From Candidatus Fervidifonticultor secundus (GTDB lineage Bacteria > Sysuimicrobiota > Sysuimicrobiia > Sysuimicrobiales > Humicultoraceae): a stretch of 11,268 nucleotides of DNA. The notes beneath the pieces were generated by a model, which worked only from the letters and a program-made list of their open reading frames with translations, had not been told where the DNA came from and did not search any database. The translations under genes and the position numbers were made by a program. Positions 1-5,477 of the stretch are shown piece by piece (the stretch's first letter is position 1; each line of letters opens with the position of its first letter). Where the stretch lies: the NCBI GenBank assembly GCA_031459385.1, contig JAVKIP010000041.1, forward strand, positions 1-11,268, read 5' to 3'.

Positions 1-159
1 GGCGGCCCCATTGAAGCTCCTCTCCTGTTTCTTCTGTTTCGCTCTCTGTGTGGTTTCCGCCGTTGAGAGACGGCGGCCCCATTGAAGCCACGTTGAGGCG
101 TACACAGTCGGAATGCCATATCGGTTTCCGCCGTTGAGAGACGGCGGCCCCATTGAAGC
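1..159 (+). CRISPR. CRISPR array, probable trailer end; 36-bp repeat GTTTCCGCCGTTGAGAGACGGCGGCCCCATTGAAGC, type I-G (I-U)-like
   Basis: Identical repeats at 53-88 and 124-159, plus a partial copy at 1-17 cut by the window edge. Unique 35-bp spacers at 18-52 and 89-123. The repeat has a 7-bp stem (CCGCCGT/ACGGCGG, loop TGAGAG) and a 3' ATTGAAGC end. Subtype and orientation are inferred from repeat style only; no cas genes are in the window. Confidence 0.93.
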
Positions 160-227
160 TACGTGCGGGCTTTCGCCATTCCCTTCATCTCCTGTTGCCG
201 CAGGATGGCCGCAGGCCCCGGTCGAGC
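160..227 (+). repeat. Probable last spacer (160-193, 34 bp) followed by a degenerate repeat-like sequence (194-227) that overlaps hicA
   Basis: GTTGCCGCAGGATGGCCGCAGGCCCCGGTCGAGC starts one spacer length after the last perfect repeat. By hand it aligns to the repeat at about 23/36 positions with a 2-nt gap (GTT.CCGC start, GGCCCC, AGC end). The same bases are antisense hicA codons, so part of the similarity may be coincidental. Confidence 0.45.
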
Positions 228-373
228 TCCGCATGGTCCGGAACGAAGACCTGTGCAAACAGCTCATCCCGTCGCAGTATCACGTGGCTGCCGGTCTGGC
301 GCTTGCAGGAAAAACCTGCGCGTTCCAGTGCCACCATGCAATCACGTCCCGAGATGCGTGGAAGTCTGGTCAC
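185..373 (-). CDS. hicA: HicA-family mRNA interferase toxin; C-terminus apparently frameshifted (possible pseudogene)
   Basis: MTRLPRISGRDCMVALERAGF..RQTGSHVILRR...VFVPDHAELDRG shows the HicA GF, GSH (catalytic His30) and VPxH motifs. GTG start overlaps the hicB stop (GTGA, 370-373). The expected LRAILRQ helix continues only in a shifted frame at about 208-210. Confidence 0.82.
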   Translation of the reverse strand: MTRLPRISGRDCMVALERAGFSCKRQTGSHVILRRDELFAQVFVPDHAELDRGLRPSCGNRR

Positions 374-576
374 ACCACTACCACTACGGTTTCGAATCGC
401 TCCGGTGGCACAGGGAGACGGTCTTCCTCAAGGGCTTCGACGTATGCCTGGATGGCCTCCCTGATGTTGGCAATCGCCTCTTCCTTCGTTCTCCCCTGGC
501 TGACGCAGCCTGGAAGGCTTGGGCACTCCGCCACCCAGTAGCCATTTTCACCGGGATACAGCACCACCTGTCTCAT
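370..576 (-). CDS. hicB: HicB-family antitoxin, short 68-aa form with no C-terminal DNA-binding domain
   Basis: MRQVVLYPGENGYWVAECPSLPGCVSQGRTKEEAIANIREAIQAYVEAL...PVP matches the HicB/UPF0150 N-terminal fold signature. ATG at 576 is preceded by GGAGGT with 7-nt spacing, so it is preferred over the ORF-track start at 657. Confidence 0.92.
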   Translation of the reverse strand: MRQVVLYPGENGYWVAECPSLPGCVSQGRTKEEAIANIREAIQAYVEALEEDRLPVPPERFETVVVVV

Positions 577-749
577 GCGTCTTACCTCCGACGGAATGGA
601 TCTCCGAATTCGGCTTCGCTGCAGCTCCCAAACCACCTTTCTGTTGGCTGCGGACAATCAGCGCGCCGACGGCGACACGGAGGCCGATGACGCGCCCGAC
701 GGGCCGTTCCCTGCCCGGGTGTGAACGCTCGGGAGCGCACGTGCAGCGG

Positions 750-2345
750 TCACGCGTGGCGCCGCCACCGCAGCACCCGCCCCGGCCGCGCGCCGGTGAC
801 CTGCCCGTCGCGGACCACGGGCACCCCGTTTACCAGCACGTGGCGGATGCCGGCCGGGTACTGGTGGGGGTCGTCGTAGGTGGCGCGGTCGGCGACTGTG
901 GCAGGGTCGAAGACGACCAGGTCAGCCCAGGCGCCGTGCTGTAGGATCCCGCGGCCGGTCAGGCCGAAACGGGCGGCGGCGGCGGAAGTCATGCGCCGCA
1001 CGGCGTCCTCGAGCCGCAGGGTGCCGCCGCGCACACAGGGGCCCAGCACGCGGGGGAACGTCCCGTACAGGCGCGGGTGGGGCTTCCCGCCGAAGATGCC
1101 GTCGCTACCGACCATCTGCAGGGGGTGGCGCATCGCGTCGGTGATGCGGTCTTCCTCGCCCCAGAACAGAATCATGGTGGCGGCGGCGTCTTCCTCGAGC
1201 AGGAGGTCGAAGAGGGCCTCGGCCGGTGCCTGGCCGCGGGCCTGCGCGATCTCGGGCAGACGGCGCCCCTCGCACCAGCGGTTGGCGTCGGTGCGCACGG
1301 CGGCCACCTGCACGGCCTCCCACCCGCAGGCGTAGACGAAGTTCTCCCAGCGGCCGGGCTGCTCCAGTTCCCTGGCGATGCGCCGCCGCGCCTGTGGATC
1401 GCGCAGGCGCGCCAGCAGGCTCGGAGGGCCCCCGTCGTGCGCCCAGGGCGGCAGCAGCGCGCTCAGAAAGGTGCTGCCCGCGGCGTACGGATACTGGTCG
1501 AAGGTCACGTCGATCCCCGCAGCGCGGGCGCGGTCGAAGCGTTCCAGCACCGTCGCCAGCTTGTCCCAGTTGCGCCGGCCGGCGGCCTTGAGGTGCGAGA
1601 CGTGCAGGGGCGCCCCGCTGGCGCGGGCCACCTCGATCACCTCGTCCATCGCGTCGAGCACGTGCTCGCTCTCGTTGCGCACGTGCACGACGAACGGCGC
1701 CCCCGCGCGGGCGGCGACCCGACACAGCGCGGCCAGTTCGTCGGCGTCGGCGAAGCTGCACGGCGGGTAGATCAGGCCGGTCGAGAAACCCACGGCGCCG
1801 TCGTCGAGGGCGGCGGCCAGCAGCGCCTGGGCGGCGCGCACCTCGTCGGGGCGCAGCGGCCGGGCGTCGAAGCCGGCCACCGCGGCCCGGATGGTACCGT
1901 GCGGCGCCAGGTAGGCGACGTTGGGGGCGGGGCGCGCGGCCTCCAGGCGGGCCAGGAACTCGCCCACGGTGCCCCAGTCCCACGCCACCGCGGCGGTGCC
2001 GGCGAGCCCGGCCAGACGCGCGGGCAGCGTGGCGCGGGTGGCGTCGGTCAGCGGCGCCAGCGACAGGCCATCGAGGCCGACGATCTCGGTGGTCACGCCC
2101 TGGCGGATCTTGGGCTCGAGCAGGGGATCGGTGAGCAGGCGCAGTTCGGAGTGCGTGTGCACGTCGATGAAGCCTGGTGCGACGATATGGCCAGATGCCT
2201 CCAGCACCGCCGGGGCCTCGCCGCCGTCGAGGCAGTCCAGGGCGACGATGCGGCCGCCGGAGATGCCCGCATCGGCGCGATACCAGGGGTTGCCGGTGCC
2301 GTCGACGATCGTGCCGCCGCGGATGATCAGGTCGAAGGTGGCCAT
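750..2345 (-). CDS. N-acyl-D-amino-acid deacylase (D-aminoacylase) family amidohydrolase, 531 aa
   Basis: MATFDLIIRGGTIVDGTG, APGFIDVHTHS, GVTTEIVG, GFSTGLIYPP, HVRNE, SHLK, GSDG, HPRLYGTFPRVLG and ADLVVFDP are family motifs. ATG at 2345 has GGAG upstream. The ORF-track extension to 3506 is low-complexity shadow frame. Confidence 0.92.
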   Translation of the reverse strand: MATFDLIIRGGTIVDGTGNPWYRADAGISGGRIVALDCLDGGEAPAVLEASGHIVAPGFIDVHTHSELRLLTDPLLEPKIRQGVTTEIVGLDGLSLAPLTDATRATLPARLAGLAGTAAVAWDWGTVGEFLARLEAARPAPNVAYLAPHGTIRAAVAGFDARPLRPDEVRAAQALLAAALDDGAVGFSTGLIYPPCSFADADELAALCRVAARAGAPFVVHVRNESEHVLDAMDEVIEVARASGAPLHVSHLKAAGRRNWDKLATVLERFDRARAAGIDVTFDQYPYAAGSTFLSALLPPWAHDGGPPSLLARLRDPQARRRIARELEQPGRWENFVYACGWEAVQVAAVRTDANRWCEGRRLPEIAQARGQAPAEALFDLLLEEDAAATMILFWGEEDRITDAMRHPLQMVGSDGIFGGKPHPRLYGTFPRVLGPCVRGGTLRLEDAVRRMTSAAAARFGLTGRGILQHGAWADLVVFDPATVADRATYDDPHQYPAGIRHVLVNGVPVVRDGQVTGARPGRVLRWRRHA

Positions 2346-2489
2346 GCGGTTCCGCTCCTGCCCCGTCATTGATGCGCGCTGTGCGCGTTCGACGCCGGCC
2401 CGGCGTGCCCTCTCGTGCAGGCTGGAGGATCGCGGCGCGGCGGGGCGGAAATGCCCACTGGGGCTCGGGCGGGGAGCGTGTCTGTGCGC

Positions 2490-3143
2490 ATGGGATCGTC
2501 GCCGCGACCAGTGGGGTTCCGGCGGGGGGACCCCGGGCGCGTTGCTGCTGTCGGCTGTGGGCGGAGCCGCGGCGCGCTCCGGTGCGCGTGGCCGGCGCTT
2601 GTCGCGCTGCTCGCGGCTTGCGCGGTCGTCCTGGCGGGCGAGGGGGCGCGGGGCGGCCCATCGGCGGTATCTGCCGGCCTGGGTGATGGGATGATCGTGC
2701 CCGGGCAGCGCATCGGGCTGCTCCGGCTGGACGCGACCGTCGCCGACCTGCGCCGCCTGTTCGGGCCCGGTCACCGCTGGCTGTTTCTCGCGGGTGCGCC
2801 GCCGACCTCCGACGCGGTCCACGACTACCTGATGCTCTACTGGCACTCGGTGCGCGCCGCCGCCACGACCCTGGACGGACAGATCGTGGCCTCGCTCGTC
2901 ATCCTCTACGATGCGGGGTTCCCCCGCTACCGGACACCGGACGGGCTCGACTTCCGGACGCGGCGCGCGCATGTGCTGGTGGTCTACGGGCCCCCGACGG
3001 CCGAGAACGCGCTGCTGCCCTACGGCATGCGGCTGATCTACGACCAGCGCGGCATCGCCTTCCGCTTCGACGGGGGCGGGTTCCTGCGCGAGATCAACGT
3101 CTTCCGGCCGGGCCGGGCCGGGCGCATCTGGCACCTGCTGTGA
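2490..3143 (+). CDS. Hypothetical exported/membrane-anchored protein with an internal two-fold repeat
   Basis: Strong GC3 codon bias from about 2690 onward. Hydrophobic stretch WPALVALLAACAVVLAG looks like a signal peptide or possible lipobox (LAAC). Two related segments end in LFGPG and VYGPP. Start uncertain: ATG 2490 follows GGGGAG, while the ORF track gives 2415. Confidence 0.65.
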   Translation: MGSSPRPVGFRRGDPGRVAAVGCGRSRGALRCAWPALVALLAACAVVLAGEGARGGPSAVSAGLGDGMIVPGQRIGLLRLDATVADLRRLFGPGHRWLFLAGAPPTSDAVHDYLMLYWHSVRAAATTLDGQIVASLVILYDAGFPRYRTPDGLDFRTRRAHVLVVYGPPTAENALLPYGMRLIYDQRGIAFRFDGGGFLREINVFRPGRAGRIWHLL

Positions 3144-3168
3144 GCCTGCGGCGGTACGAGGCGGTGCG

Positions 3169-4071
3169 GTGCGGGTGGTGATCGCCGGCGCGTCGGGGTT
3201 CATCGGGCGGGCGCTGACCGCCACGCTCGCCCGCCAGGGTGCAGACGTCCGCCGCCTGGTGCGGCGGGCACCTGCCGGGCCGGACGAGGTCCCCTGGGAC
3301 CCCGCGCGGGATACACTCGATCCCTCGGCCCTGGAAGGCGCCGACGCCGTCATCACCCTGGCGGGCCGGACGATCGGCCGCTGGCCCTGGACCCGTCGCG
3401 CCCGCGAAGAGATGGTGTCGAGCCGGGTGCGTTCCACGCGCCTGCTGGTCGAGGCGATCGGGCGGCTGCGTGTGCGGCCGTCGGTGTTCGTCTCGGCGTC
3501 GGCCATCGGCTACTACGGCGACCGCGGCGACGAGGTCCTCACCGAGGCCTCCGGACCGGGACAGGGCTTCCTGGCCGATCTCGTCCAGGCCTGGGAAGGC
3601 GAGGCGCGCAGGGCGCAGGACCTGGGCGTGCGGACCGTCTCCACCCGGTTCGGCCTGATCCTGGGGCGGGGCGGAGGCGTGCTGGCACCGCTGCTGCTGC
3701 CGTTCCGGCTGGGGCTGGGTGGTCGGCTGGGCAGCGGCCGGCAGTGGTGGAGCTGGGTGCACCTGGACGACGTCACGGCCGCCGTGGGGACCGCGCTGCG
3801 CTCGCCGGCGCTGGATGGCCCCGTGAACGTCGTGACCCCGGCCCCGGTACGGCAGCACGACTTCGCCCGCGTGCTGGGCGCGGTGTTGCGGCAACCCGCG
3901 GTGCTGCCCGTCCCGGCGTTCGCCCTGCGCCTGGTGCTGGGGGAGATGGCCGATGAGACGGTCCTGGCGAGCCAGCGTGTAGTGCCGGCCCGGCTGCAGG
4001 CGGCCGGGTTCGCCTTCCGGTGGCCCGACCTGCGGCCGGCACTGGAAGATGTCCTGCGAGTCGCGCCGTAA
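3169..4071 (+). CDS. TIGR01777-family NAD(P)-dependent epimerase/oxidoreductase (YfcH-like)
   Basis: GASGFIG Rossmann motif, SRVRST, SASAIGYYGDRGDEVLTE, GFLA..V..WE, RFGLILG, LGSGRQWWSWVHLDD, GPVNVVTP, and a C-terminal DUF1731-like SQRVVPARL..GF.F. Confidence 0.93.
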   Translation: MRVVIAGASGFIGRALTATLARQGADVRRLVRRAPAGPDEVPWDPARDTLDPSALEGADAVITLAGRTIGRWPWTRRAREEMVSSRVRSTRLLVEAIGRLRVRPSVFVSASAIGYYGDRGDEVLTEASGPGQGFLADLVQAWEGEARRAQDLGVRTVSTRFGLILGRGGGVLAPLLLPFRLGLGGRLGSGRQWWSWVHLDDVTAAVGTALRSPALDGPVNVVTPAPVRQHDFARVLGAVLRQPAVLPVPAFALRLVLGEMADETVLASQRVVPARLQAAGFAFRWPDLRPALEDVLRVAP

Positions 4072-4091
4072 GCGTGCGTGGAGGGAGAGCG

Positions 4092-4586
4092 ATGCTCAAG
4101 GTAGGGGATCGGGCGCCGGCGTTCACGGCGCAGACCGACGGCGGGGAGACGGTCAGGCTCGCCGACTTCCGTGGCAGGAAGGTCGTGCTCTACTTCTACC
4201 CCAAAGACGACACGCCCGGGTGCACCCGCGAGGCCTGCAGCTTCCGCGACCACCACGACGCGCTGCAGGCCGCGGGCGCCGTGGTGCTCGGCGTCAGCGC
4301 CGACAGCGTCGCCTCTCACCGGCGGTTCAAGGAGAAGTACCGCCTGCCGTTCTCGCTGCTCAGCGACCCCGACCGGAAGATCGTCACCGCCTACGGCGTT
4401 TGGAAGGAAAAGACGATCGCGGGCCGCCTGGGGTTCGGGATCGAGCGGACGACGTTCATCATCGACGAGCAGGGCATCATCACCCATATCTTTCCGAAGG
4501 TCCGCGTCGACGGGCACACCGAAGAGGTGCTGGCGGCGTTGGGCGCGCCGGCGCGTCGCAGCGGCGGCGGAGGAGGAGAAGCATGA
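4092..4586 (+). CDS. bcp: Thioredoxin-dependent peroxiredoxin Bcp/PrxQ, 164 aa
   Basis: MLKVGDRAPAF...VVLYFYPKDDTPGCTREACSFRD has the peroxidatic and resolving Cys (CxxxxC). Also GVSADS, LLSDPD and ERTTFIIDEQG. SD-like GAGGGAG precedes ATG 4092. Confidence 0.95.
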   Translation: MLKVGDRAPAFTAQTDGGETVRLADFRGRKVVLYFYPKDDTPGCTREACSFRDHHDALQAAGAVVLGVSADSVASHRRFKEKYRLPFSLLSDPDRKIVTAYGVWKEKTIAGRLGFGIERTTFIIDEQGIITHIFPKVRVDGHTEEVLAALGAPARRSGGGGGEA

Positions 4587-5332
4587 CCCTCGACGTGCGG
4601 GACGTGGAGGCGTACAACTACGCGGCGTTCGAGGGCACCGAGGACTTCCTCGGGTTCCGGACGGTGCTGCCCGTGGGGTCGGCGGCCCCCGACTTCACGG
4701 CGATTTTGCTGGAGACCGGCGAGGAGGTGGCCGTCAGCCGGTACTGGCGCGAGACCGACGTCGTCATCGAATTCGGCTCGTTCACCTGACCGTACTGCGC
4801 GCTGGCGGCGCCGGCGCTGGAGCCCATGGCACGCGAGTACGGCCCGCGGGGCGTGGCGTTCGTCTTCGTCTACACGCGCGAGGCTCACCCCGGCGAGCAC
4901 TACCCCGCGCACCGGAGCATGGCGCAGAAGGTGGCTCACGCGCGGGCCTTCCAGGAATCGTACGGCATCGCGCGCCCGATCCTGGTGGACGACCTGGTCG
5001 GCACCGGGCACCGGCGCTACGGCAACCTGCCCAACATGACCTACCTGGTGGGCCGCGGGGGGAAGGTCCTCTTCCGCGCGGACTGGACCGACCCCGAGAC
5101 GATCCGGCACGTGGTGGACTACGTGCTGGCCGCGAGAGCACGCCGCCGCGAGGGGCTGCGCCTGGCGCCCTTCTACGCGGAGTTCGTCGGCTATCGCTGG
5201 GTCGACGATGCGCGGTTTCGGGAGGGGCTGGTGCGTGCCGGGCCGCAGGCCGTGGACGACTTCATGCGGGTCGTGGCACGCTGGCAGCGGCAGGGGAGCC
5301 GGGGGCCGGGGCGGATCGAACTCGGTACGTAG
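4583..5332 (+). CDS. Deiodinase-like / peroxiredoxin-like thioredoxin-fold selenoprotein, 249 aa, with TGA 4787-4789 read as Sec (codon 69)
   Basis: ATG 4583 overlaps the bcp stop (ATGA) after GGAGGAGGAG. The frame reads ...VGSAAPDF...VVIEFGSFT-TGA-PYC... and continues in frame into ORF 4826-5332 (FVFVYTREAHPGE...ILVDD...YGNLPNMTYLV). This mirrors iodothyronine deiodinase motifs APD/N, FGSCTUP, YIEEAH and YGA.PER.Y. The TGA sits exactly at the Sec position. Confidence 0.88.
4799..4817 (+). promoter_or_regulatory. Candidate bacterial SECIS hairpin
   Basis: GCGCUGGC-GGC-GCCGGCGC forms an 8-bp stem (one G-U pair) with a 3-nt loop starting with G. There are 17 nt between the UGA and the loop, consistent with the general bacterial SECIS model. 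GC-rich DNA forms hairpins easily, so support is moderate. Confidence 0.55.
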
Positions 5333-5395
5333 CGCGCCCGGCGCATCAGGGCCACGAGGACGCCTGCGGCCGCGCCCCGCAGGGAACCCCACCCG

Positions 5396-5470
5396 CGAAG
5401 CGAACAAACACGAACTGTGCGCCGCGTGCGGCGCGTATCGTGGGCGGCCGCGCGTCGGCCCAGGAGGTGA
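5396..5470 (+). promoter_or_regulatory. Putative promoter/operator and RBS of the ABC transporter operon
   Basis: A-rich patch with CGAAC direct repeats at 5401 and 5411 (10-bp period), an inverted repeat GCGCCGC-GT-GCGGCGC (5419-5434), a -10-like TATCGT (5436-5441), and a strong SD AGGAGGT before ATG 5478. Confidence 0.4.
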
Positions 5471-5477
5471 AGAGTAG

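Noticed and set aside
21..196. TCTCCTGTT shared by spacer 1 (21-29) and 188-196, with CTCCTGTT also near 10720
   Set aside because: Only 8-9 nt and equal to the reverse complement of an SD-like AACAGGAG, so it is expected by chance and is not evidence of self-targeting.
113..690. Plus-strand ORFs 113-541, 153-464 and 163-690
   Set aside because: They start inside CRISPR repeats or spacers, lie antisense to recognisable hicA/hicB, and show no family motifs.
661..749. Possible intrinsic terminator or small RNA between the deacylase and hicB (CGCTC-GG-GAGCG dyad; near-repeat CGCGCC(C)GACGG)
   Set aside because: Stems are short, there is no U-tract on either strand, and such dyads are common at this GC content.
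2346..3506. 918-aa ORF suggesting a long N-terminal extension or fusion on the D-aminoacylase
   Set aside because: The extension is Arg/Pro/Ala-rich shadow translation antisense to two plus-strand genes. Family homology and an RBS begin at ATG 2345.
4826..5332. Stand-alone 168-aa ORF starting MAREYG, with a separate short upstream ORF ending at TGA 4789
   Set aside because: It would lack the active-site motif and has only a weak SD. The upstream in-frame segment supplies the APDF and FGSFT motifs, so Sec read-through explains both pieces better.
5401..5415. Possible LexA/SOS box (GAAC motifs)
   Set aside because: The arrangement is GAAC-N6-GAAC. It fits neither the Gram-positive GAAC-N4-GTTC palindrome nor the alphaproteobacterial N7 direct repeat.
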